Origin: an uncultured Pseudomonadales bacterium
GTDB lineage: Bacteria; Patescibacteriota; Microgenomatia; UBA1400; PJMF01
Reading direction: 5' to 3'
NCBI GenBank assembly: GCA_964625685.1
Contig: CAZVBO010000002.1
Span: forward strand, 55,440 to 119,439
Length of the DNA: 64,000 nucleotides
The first letter of the stretch is position 1, and the number at the start of each line of letters is the position of its first letter. The notes beneath the pieces are model-generated. The model worked only from the letters and a program-made list of their open reading frames with translations, did not search any database and was not told the origin of the DNA. A program made the position numbers and the translations under genes. Of this stretch, positions 56,846-64,000 are shown piece by piece.

Positions 56846-58032
56846 GCTATACATTAGATGAACTATGCCATATAGAAAAAGGCAAAATTGGCATTACAAA
56901 AGCCGTTGATGGTGAATATCCATTAGTTACCACTGGTGAAGATTTTGGAACACACAATGAATACCATTTTGAAGGTCCTGCTGTATGTGTGCCACTAGTT
57001 TCTTCAACTGGCCACGGACACGCTAGCATCAAGAGATTGCACTATATTGAAGGAAAGTTTGCTTGTGGAAATATTTTGGCAGTACTGATTCCAAAGGATC
57101 CAAGTAAGTTGTCAGCGAAGTTTTTATACACCTATCTTACTGTTCACAAACAGGAAAAATTGGTGAGAAAAATGAAGGGGGCGGCTAATGTATCTTTGAC
57201 TTTGACAAATTTGAAAAAAGTGAAAATTGAGGACTTGCCTTCGCTGAAAGAACAGGAAAAAATATCTAGCATTTATTCGTCTATTGATAAATTTTCTTTG
57301 GAATTTTTAAAAAAAATTGAATTCAACAAAACAAGAACTAGTACTCTAAAAAATAAGGTTATTGATTTGGCTGTGTTTGGCCATTTTTTACCATATTCAA
57401 ATAATGATTATTCATTTTCAGATGATTTTGATCACTTAGTTCCAAACAAGTGGTCATTTTCTAGCTTAGAGGATATAGCAGAATTCATTGATTATAGAGG
57501 CAAGACTCCAAAAAAAGTTGATACTGGTATTAGGTTGGTCACTGCTAAAAATGTAAAGCTCGGATATTTTTCATATGAGCCAGCAGAATATATGGAATCT
57601 CATGCTTATGATGATTGGATGACAAGAGGGTTTCCTCAAAAGAATGATGTTTTATTTACCACAGAGGCCCCATTAGCTAATACATGTTTATACCCGTTTG
57701 AGCACACAGAGAAAATTGCTTTAGCACAGAGAATCATTACATTGCACCCATATAATGATAGTGATTATATAAAAAGCAGATATTTGTTTTATTGCTTATT
57801 AGCACCTTCAATAAGAAGAAAAATTCAGGCAAAAGCAACTGGTACGGCCGCTTTAGGAATTAGATCTAGTAGGCTAAAAAAAATTATTTTTCCAGTACCT
57901 TCTCAAGATGAGATGCTGAAAATTGTGAATTTTTTGGAAGTTTTCTTTGAGTTCATTGAACAAATTGGATCAAAGGTTTCAGACAATGAAGAAATCATCG
58001 ATAAACTAAAAAATCAATCTTACAAAGGATAG
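56842..58032 (+). CDS. hsdS: Type I restriction-modification system, S (specificity) subunit
   Basis: Two target-recognition halves separated by conserved spacers (LPSLKEQEKISSIY, then FPVPSQDEMLKIVNFL). ATGA overlap with hsdM. Confidence 0.85.
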   Translation: MSYTLDELCHIEKGKIGITKAVDGEYPLVTTGEDFGTHNEYHFEGPAVCVPLVSSTGHGHASIKRLHYIEGKFACGNILAVLIPKDPSKLSAKFLYTYLTVHKQEKLVRKMKGAANVSLTLTNLKKVKIEDLPSLKEQEKISSIYSSIDKFSLEFLKKIEFNKTRTSTLKNKVIDLAVFGHFLPYSNNDYSFSDDFDHLVPNKWSFSSLEDIAEFIDYRGKTPKKVDTGIRLVTAKNVKLGYFSYEPAEYMESHAYDDWMTRGFPQKNDVLFTTEAPLANTCLYPFEHTEKIALAQRIITLHPYNDSDYIKSRYLFYCLLAPSIRRKIQAKATGTAALGIRSSRLKKIIFPVPSQDEMLKIVNFLEVFFEFIEQIGSKVSDNEEIIDKLKNQSYKG

Positions 58033-58040
58033 TGACATAA

Positions 58041-61010
58041 ATGAAATCTGATTACTTCACCCCTGACGGCTATCTATCAGCTCAAAAAGTTCGAGATGTG
58101 CTCAAGAACGTTGAGTATGAGGGTAAAAAATTATCAGAGGAAAAGGTGGGGGACATAGTTGAACAATTTTGGTTTCAGGATTACTACTCCAATTTTATTT
58201 GTATCCCAGACGTTTTTGAGTTCCTTCAAGAGTATTTAGAAGAGTATGGGCCAGAAGTAAAGAGAATCGATTTCTATCGATACCACTTTTCAAAGGTTGT
58301 TACTGACGATAAAAAAAAGTCCAGCTTAGAGCTAATCTCTGTTGATTTTGAAACAAAGCAACGCAATGACATAAATCAAGACCTTTTGCAGGAAGTTCTT
58401 GATAAACATGAGATCACTAATATTTCATTTGAGTGGTTACTTGAGAAGAAGTTCATTTGGCAAATAGAAGATAAATTTGAATGGCGTCACCACACATATA
58501 CTGAGTTCTTTGCTTCTGAATACATCCTCAAGCAAAAAGAGCCGATCAAAGTTGTTGATGAGTTAGCAGTTTTGAATGTTGAAGCTGACAACTCAAAAAA
58601 CATCAAGCCTTCGTGGCATGGTGTGATCAAGTTTTTACTTCAAAGCGAAATTTCCCATGATGCGTTGAACTGGCTTATTGGATTGATCAAAGAAAACCCA
58701 CTCAATTTGAGTGAAGATCTGACAAACATCATCAGCATGTTTGCTCCTCACGATTTAGATGATTCTGAAAAATCAGAGGTTTTCAATATTATTTATGACA
58801 CCTATCAAGAAAGAATGGTTTGGTTACCGGTCTGGGCAAGAACAGGGTTGGCTAAGTTTTTTACAACCACACAGTTAGAGAAATTTGAAAAGCACTTAGA
58901 AGCTACTGATGATGAGGTCGAAACATATGTCCATCGTGGCAACGTGGTGGCAGTAGTGGGTGAATTGATTGAGATAGGAATTATTAGTGATAAAAAACAA
59001 ATTGGCTTATGGAAGGATAGATTTGTTGAGTACGCCTTGGATGAAAATGATAATGGGGTACTGCAAAGGCACAGTCTTCATGCTCTTAGGCAGTTCAAAG
59101 AAAAAGATGGCCAACTGATCCTCAAGCTAAGAAAAAACCTGAATTCGTCAGATACTTTGGTTCGAGATGCATTTATTCAGTACTGCTCAGAGTCGGCCCC
59201 AAATACAAAAGAGGCAATAGACGTTTTTGCTGATGCATATGGCGAAGGAATGTCTCGTGTGTATAGCAGACACGGTATGTATGAAATTTCTTCATTGGAA
59301 GGCTTCACATATCTAATCGACAAACTAATAGACAATAGCAATTTCTTACATGAGTTTATTGATTCTGAATCAATCTTTGATGGTGAAAGAAAAGATCCCG
59401 ATGCAGAGTTTGTTCAAAAGATTATTGACTCGGCGAGGTCAAATACAGGTTTTGCTAAAAAGTTGAGCGATCTATTGAAGGAGGTCATAAAGAATGACGA
59501 AATATACCAGGTAGAACGTTCATATTTTGTTAGAAATATTAGTTTATTTCTTTTTGATGACCGCGACAGAGGTATTGAGTTTATCAAAGACGTAATTAGT
59601 GAAGAAGACATTACAAGGCATTTTGTTCATAACTTTTTTGACATACTTCCGGAAGTTTTGACGTCTGAGAATTGGCAAGAAATATTTGAAATTTTAGAAG
59701 CAACGGATATTGAATATGTTGATCGCCACCTTGAGAGAGTTTCGTATGGTCTTAGGTTTAGAAAAGAAGCTGGTGGTAAAGAACTATTTGAAGAGATTGC
59801 CCAAAAAAGAGGGTATAAGATCGAGAAACCAAGAGATTATGAGAAAGAAGAGAAAAAGAGGCAGGATGAGCTCTACAAAGAATTCAAATTCAAGATAGAA
59901 CCTGACAAGGGTCGGTTCATGGGAGATGTCTTTGAATATTACCTCAATAATGCAGAGGTTATTGAAGAGAGATGGTCTGATTATGAAGAAGAGCGAATGC
60001 TGTTCTTGGCTTACGAAGATGGTATCAAGAGGTTAGACCCAAGAGATTTTAGAGTCACATTTGAAGAGAAGAAAAAACGAGGAGGACGTTTTAGGTGGTC
60101 CAGTCAGGCCGCTTTTTATGGCGAAATGATCAAGGTTGTTCAGCGGATGAGACCTGATTTACTGGAAGAACCAGCTGTAAGACAACACATTATCGATTTC
60201 ACTCCGTATTGCTATTCTGATGACTACAAAGTGGTCCATGAGCTAATTACTGAGATTGAACCAAGTGATATTAGTTGGCTCGTTGAGCTCTACAAAAATG
60301 AAGATGATGATCGCCGGTATTTGGTCCCTGAATCATTTATTTATTTTCTTGAGAGCTTATTGGACCACAAACAAAATGTCACTAGTGCCATTCCAACACT
60401 TAGAACATTTATTCTTGATGAAAACATCTCGGATTGGGTAAGTCGAAGTGCTTTGGAGTTGCTAGGCAAAATTGAAGCATCAAGTAAGGATTACCAAGAT
60501 TTTCTTCAAGAGGTATTTGAAAAAACTGAATACGACAAAGTAAAAGAGGAAGCAAATAGGCAATTGATTGTTTTATTTGAAGAAGAAGAAGCGATTCAAT
60601 GGAGATTTGAGCAAATCAAAGCAAAAGTTTCTCCATTCAAGAGAGAAGAAGGTGTTCACTCGGTTGGTGAACTGGAAAGTGAGCTTGATTCAAGATCATT
60701 TATATCACCTCTTTGTGAGGTAAAGACAGAAAAAATACTCAAAGATTTTTTGAAGCTTTTTGAATATGTATTAGTTAAGTATGAAACGGATGAGGGATAT
60801 TCTGCCTACCTTGAATATGTTTGGGCAGCAATTATTAGATTTGTTTATAAATTTGACGAAGAACAGTTCTTTGACTTATACGCTAGATTGAAAAAATATG
60901 TTGAGGAGTCAGAGATTTCTAGTAAGAAGAGGCCTTACCTTGAGTATTCATTGCAGAAAACCAAAACAGATTTTATAAATAAAATGGCACTTGAAGGGAG
61001 AAATGAGTAG
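58041..61010 (+). CDS. Large uncharacterised all-alpha protein (989 aa) with a STAND-type winged-helix signature but no NTPase motifs
   Basis: It starts 8 nt after the hsdS stop. FEWRHHTYTEFFASEYIL resembles the F-x-H-x-x-F-x-E-[FY]-x-A signature that follows NACHT/STAND NTPase modules. The remaining ~800 aa look like helical repeats. No GxxxxGK[ST] occurs anywhere. Confidence 0.5.
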   Translation: MKSDYFTPDGYLSAQKVRDVLKNVEYEGKKLSEEKVGDIVEQFWFQDYYSNFICIPDVFEFLQEYLEEYGPEVKRIDFYRYHFSKVVTDDKKKSSLELISVDFETKQRNDINQDLLQEVLDKHEITNISFEWLLEKKFIWQIEDKFEWRHHTYTEFFASEYILKQKEPIKVVDELAVLNVEADNSKNIKPSWHGVIKFLLQSEISHDALNWLIGLIKENPLNLSEDLTNIISMFAPHDLDDSEKSEVFNIIYDTYQERMVWLPVWARTGLAKFFTTTQLEKFEKHLEATDDEVETYVHRGNVVAVVGELIEIGIISDKKQIGLWKDRFVEYALDENDNGVLQRHSLHALRQFKEKDGQLILKLRKNLNSSDTLVRDAFIQYCSESAPNTKEAIDVFADAYGEGMSRVYSRHGMYEISSLEGFTYLIDKLIDNSNFLHEFIDSESIFDGERKDPDAEFVQKIIDSARSNTGFAKKLSDLLKEVIKNDEIYQVERSYFVRNISLFLFDDRDRGIEFIKDVISEEDITRHFVHNFFDILPEVLTSENWQEIFEILEATDIEYVDRHLERVSYGLRFRKEAGGKELFEEIAQKRGYKIEKPRDYEKEEKKRQDELYKEFKFKIEPDKGRFMGDVFEYYLNNAEVIEERWSDYEEERMLFLAYEDGIKRLDPRDFRVTFEEKKKRGGRFRWSSQAAFYGEMIKVVQRMRPDLLEEPAVRQHIIDFTPYCYSDDYKVVHELITEIEPSDISWLVELYKNEDDDRRYLVPESFIYFLESLLDHKQNVTSAIPTLRTFILDENISDWVSRSALELLGKIEASSKDYQDFLQEVFEKTEYDKVKEEANRQLIVLFEEEEAIQWRFEQIKAKVSPFKREEGVHSVGELESELDSRSFISPLCEVKTEKILKDFLKLFEYVLVKYETDEGYSAYLEYVWAAIIRFVYKFDEEQFFDLYARLKKYVEESEISSKKRPYLEYSLQKTKTDFINKMALEGRNE

Positions 61011-61833
61011 TTCTTCCTTACCAATCCATGATGATTTTTCAAACAATCCTTTTGGTTTGCCTGATCCACCGACACCTAGGATTCCAACTGATCCATTAGA
61101 AAAAATTATCTATGCCTTTGAAGCTTGTCGTGGTGGAATACAACAAAGTCAGTTTCCTAATTACTCAGTAGATTCAATAATATGGTGTTTCAGGGCATTT
61201 GAATTGGTAAACAAGCTCAATGGGGAAGTGACTCAAAATGGTAAGAATCAGATTGAGAAATGGAAAAAACAGAAAAATATAGATTCAATGGATCAGGTGA
61301 CGGCCCTTTTTATAAGGAAGAAAGCAGAATTACCTGAATTTGAACTCGAAATAGAAAATCACTTTGATAACAAACATGTATATGTTGATTACTTTAGACA
61401 TACTTCACCGACTGATAAACTCCATTGGTTGAATTTTCTAATATATTTGGGATTTATAGACAATTCTGACTATAAACTCATTGATGTGTGTGACAGAAAT
61501 GGAAAAAGATATAAGTGGACTGAATCAGGTAAACTTTTTATTACAAAAATTAGAGAAGCAATTTCTCCAAAGGAAATCTTTTCAGATGGAGTAATCACTG
61601 AAGAACTAAACTGGCACGAAAAGACAAGAAAGTTTTTGTCAAAGATTCCCAAGTGGTTTTGGTCAATTCCTATCTTGATGATTCTACTAATTTTGCTTTT
61701 TTTTGCCAAACATTGGCTTCCCGTATTTTGTCCGATTGTAACTAAAGACAAAAGTACTTATCAGGTATTCAAATCGATAGAAATTGGACCTATCAATGGT
61801 TCTGAATTATGTGAGCCAATTCCGGAAAACTAG
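61003..61833 (+). CDS. Uncharacterised protein with a single C-terminal TM helix
   Basis: The ATG at 61003 overlaps the stop of the 989-aa gene (atgagtag). The alternative start is the TTG at 60991 used by the ORF track. TM segment WFWSIPILMILLILLFFAKHWLPVF lies near the C-terminus. Confidence 0.5.
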   Translation: MSSSSLPIHDDFSNNPFGLPDPPTPRIPTDPLEKIIYAFEACRGGIQQSQFPNYSVDSIIWCFRAFELVNKLNGEVTQNGKNQIEKWKKQKNIDSMDQVTALFIRKKAELPEFELEIENHFDNKHVYVDYFRHTSPTDKLHWLNFLIYLGFIDNSDYKLIDVCDRNGKRYKWTESGKLFITKIREAISPKEIFSDGVITEELNWHEKTRKFLSKIPKWFWSIPILMILLILLFFAKHWLPVFCPIVTKDKSTYQVFKSIEIGPINGSELCEPIPEN

Positions 61834-62120
61834 AGTAATTCAAGAATCTTATCTGCAACTTCCTCACCATCATTCCATTTCAGTTTGATTTTGTGAGTTT
61901 TACCGCCCGTTGTTTCAATCAAAACCCATTTGAAACCCTTGATATTGAAAGGGTTGATCTTTGAACTGCCGTCAGCGTTGGTAGAGGTGATGACGTTGGC
62001 GATTTGTTTTGTTGGAATGGAGATTTTATTGAAGCTGAGCTTTTTTCCGATAACCACTTTTGCAGGGTAGATCTCAATCCAATCAAGGACTAATTGTTTC
62101 TTTAGTAGTTTATTTTCCAT
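61830..62120 (-). CDS. Small hypothetical protein (96 aa, beta-rich)
   Basis: ORF convergent with the R-M operon. The two stop codons overlap in CTAG at 61830-61833. No family recognised. Confidence 0.4.
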   Translation of the reverse strand: MENKLLKKQLVLDWIEIYPAKVVIGKKLSFNKISIPTKQIANVITSTNADGSSKINPFNIKGFKWVLIETTGGKTHKIKLKWNDGEEVADKILELL

Positions 62121-62162
62121 AGTAGGTTGCTTTCTATATTGCTTTGAATTATAGATCTAAAA

Positions 62163-62203
62163 AGTAGATAAGTCTACTAATAGTGCGTTTATCTTTAGTG
62201 CGT
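62163..62203. promoter_or_regulatory. Candidate operator cluster in the divergent intergenic region
   Basis: Palindrome AGTAGA-taag-TCTACT (62163-62178), followed by direct repeats TAGTGCGT at 62181-62188 and 62196-62203. Confidence 0.5.
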
Positions 62204-62217
62204 AAGGGTCTGTAATC

Positions 62218-62448
62218 GTGGATATGCTAAGCAAATCCCGTTTCACTCAAATCGTAGGTCAAAATATTCGAAAAGTTCGTTTAGATAAGGGGATGACTCA
62301 AGATGAGCTTTCTCACGAATGTGGGTTTTACAGAACCTATATCAACTTAGTTGAAACTGCTCACAGGACCCCATCTTCATTCACTTTGTTCAAAATAGCA
62401 AAGGCTCTAAAGGTCTCGGTTGATGACCTTTATCCAACCACGGTTTAG
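62218..62448 (+). CDS. XRE-family helix-turn-helix regulator (76 aa; controller/C-protein-like size)
   Basis: IRKVRLDKGMTQDELSHECGFYRTYINLVETAHRTPSSFTLFKIAKAL is a classic Cro/C1-type HTH. The start is the GTG at 62218 or the ATG at 62224. Confidence 0.8.
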   Translation: MDMLSKSRFTQIVGQNIRKVRLDKGMTQDELSHECGFYRTYINLVETAHRTPSSFTLFKIAKALKVSVDDLYPTTV

Positions 62449-62525
62449 GTAAAATCTACAAAGTTACCGTATTTCTCATTTTCCTCAAGTAGTGGTTGGG
62501 TAGAACGCCGGTTGGATGACGGTGA

Positions 62526-62547
62526 AAACGGCATATACCGTTTTTTT
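62526..62547 (+). terminator. Intrinsic terminator after the XRE gene
   Basis: aaaacgg-catata-ccgtttt with a T7 run. Confidence 0.65.
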
Positions 62548-62606
62548 GAAGCACGTCATAAAATATATCAAAATGACACAAGATGAAATGATGACAGAAT
62601 GCAAAA

Positions 62607-63380
62607 ATGAATCAGAAAAGTGACAAGTGGATTTCGAATCCAACCACAAAATATGATGAGCTAATACTCGGTGATGATGAAGCGATATCAAAGTACTCCT
62701 ATTCATTGTGTGCGGTCTTAGTTAGACTTGGATCATTTCAATATGAGTTGAAAAAGTTTAGAGAAAGCTTGGGTATAAACAAAATCTACGAATTGCCCAA
62801 GAATTTTCGTTATAAAGAACTCGGATATTGGCTAGATAGCCTAGATTTAGATTATTCAAGGCTACTTGAAGCAGGCGATTTTATTTGTTTTTTGTACAGA
62901 TTGCCCAATGACTGGCAAATGTCATTTATGTGTGCAATTGTTGCAGATTTTTTACCAATTCCAATCGAATTGCCGGCCATTGAGATATATAAGCCAAATA
63001 ACTACTTATCACTTGCCAAAAATAATTTTCCAACTTCTTTGTCGAGATATCCAGCACTTATCATCAAGAAAAATATCTCACCGACAAAGATGAGGACTTG
63101 GATCCTAGAAAATAGCAATCAAGTAAGAGATGCAACTAATCCTCTTTATGACGAGAACCTGATACGGAATGAAGAGAAAACCATCATTTGGGGGGCAATT
63201 GCGAGTCAAGTTTTTATAGATTATCCCAAAATAGATCGAGAATTTGTAGATAAGTGCGAGAAGCTAGCGAAAGATATAAACATTGATTTGGGGCTTCCGG
63301 GTACTAATGAAATTTTCAACCATAAAGAGCGATTTGAAGAAGCCATAGCTAAGTCAGATTTCCTCAAGCACAGTAGTTAG
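62607..63380 (+). CDS. Hypothetical protein (257 aa)
   Basis: ORF only. No recognisable motif. Confidence 0.4.
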   Translation: MNQKSDKWISNPTTKYDELILGDDEAISKYSYSLCAVLVRLGSFQYELKKFRESLGINKIYELPKNFRYKELGYWLDSLDLDYSRLLEAGDFICFLYRLPNDWQMSFMCAIVADFLPIPIELPAIEIYKPNNYLSLAKNNFPTSLSRYPALIIKKNISPTKMRTWILENSNQVRDATNPLYDENLIRNEEKTIIWGAIASQVFIDYPKIDREFVDKCEKLAKDINIDLGLPGTNEIFNHKERFEEAIAKSDFLKHSS

Positions 63381-63430
63381 ACTAGTTGCCGTTTTTATCA
63401 AAAAAGTTTTTTTCACCATAATCATGCTCA

Positions 63431-63556
63431 ATGAGAGATATAGAACTTCTCTACGAGCAAAGCACAGAAATGACACCAGAAGACTTGGATGTCATTTTTG
63501 ACATGCTTTTTGAGATGGTTTGGGAATCTCTTCAAAAAAAGTCGGCAGAAGCATAG
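63431..63556 (+). CDS. Possible small acidic protein (41 aa)
   Basis: Manual translation gives MRDIELLYEQSTEMTPEDLDVIFDMLFEMVWESLQKKSAEA. It is below the track's size cutoff and has no RBS evidence. Confidence 0.2.
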   Translation: MRDIELLYEQSTEMTPEDLDVIFDMLFEMVWESLQKKSAEA

Positions 63557-63843
63557 CCCTTGTGTTGAATAGACGACTCAAAATAGCTATTCAGAGGTAA
63601 GGGACTCGATGGCAAGACACCTATACTAGATGACTGTATTTTGACTGACAAGGTTTGGTAAGCACTGATAAAACCCTTTGACCATGACAAGAATCATGGG
63701 GGTGGCACACAAGACTGTTAGAACACACGCACAAATACATCTAGGCAGGATGAGGAGTCCAGAAGAGGGAAATACAACTAGGGGGCCGAAGGCCCTAAGA
63801 GAAAAGTCGACTAGTAAATAGTAATAAAAAAAGAAAGGAAAGT

Positions 63844-64000
63844 ATGAAATATCATACAGTTGTACCTTATTTGAAAAATGAGGATAAAACATTCCAGTTG
63901 CGTCTGCATATTGGGTGGAGGTCTTTTTTGCTTGAACAAAGAGCCCTAACTGGGAAAAAAATGAAAGATATTGTTGAAGAATTATTAGTTGATCACTTCA
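63844..64000 (+). CDS. Possible ribbon-helix-helix (CopG/Arc-like) protein, truncated by the window end
   Basis: AAAGGAAAG RBS, then MKYHTVVPYLKNEDKTFQLRLHIGWRSFLLEQRALTGKKMKDIVEELLVDHF... The beta-strand (FQLRL) followed by two helices fits an RHH layout. Confidence 0.4.
   Translation, partial: MKYHTVVPYLKNEDKTFQLRLHIGWRSFLLEQRALTGKKMKDIVEELLVDHF

Noticed and set aside
63805-63812. Second copy of the 8-bp palindrome AGTCGACT, considered as another operator of the island regulon
   Set aside because: An 8-bp palindrome is expected about once by chance in 64 kb, and the flanking 12-mer is not shared. It is noted only as weak supporting context.
1-64000. Alternative genetic code (for example UGA as a sense codon, as in some CPR lineages), CRISPR arrays, tRNA/rRNA genes and transposases
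   Set aside because: TGA closes many ORFs, including ATGA-coupled junctions (3813, 15692, 18053, 24585, 50331, 56842), so the code is standard. I saw no regularly spaced repeats, no tRNA or rRNA consensus segments, and no transposase or integrase motifs.

Overview
This is a dense, mostly co-directional bacterial window that uses the standard genetic code, since TGA acts as a stop in several ATGA start/stop overlaps. The compact gene set and many orphan helical or low-complexity proteins look like a small-genome Patescibacteria/CPR-type organism, but that placement is inference only. All family calls come from motifs I recognised by eye; no database search was run.

Layout:
- 1-9.6 kb: cell envelope and DNA handling. 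A Wzy_C-like membrane protein that is missing from the ORF track, then mreBCD, PBP2, dprA and topA.
- 9.6-39.6 kb: an unusually concentrated nucleotide and one-carbon metabolism block. It holds nadD, dCMP deaminase, a HIT protein, thyA, dut, a DHFR-like protein, purA, purB, tmk, an argG::MGS fusion, a codA-like gene, pyrD, upp, pyrE, pyrF, a PRTase-like protein, guaA, a deoxynucleoside kinase, an HD protein, hpt, glyA and folD. Two near-identical ~175-bp structured elements sit inside this block.
- 39.6-49.4 kb: housekeeping genes (rpsB, tsf, recR, hpf, cysS, radC) interleaved with orphan genes.
- 49.5-64 kb: an accessory, defence-like island. It starts with a 3-gene operon (membrane protein, HARE-HTH::PD-(D/E)xK nuclease, TM0106-type RecB/Cas4-like::RNase-H-like nuclease). 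Next comes a type I R-M operon (hsdRMS) extended by two tightly coupled unknown genes of 989 aa and 280 aa. A small XRE/C-protein-like regulator follows, and a 12-mer/palindrome recurs in front of three transcription units.

The island modules and the repeated structured element are the best candidates for undescribed biology. No rRNA, tRNA, CRISPR array or transposase was found.
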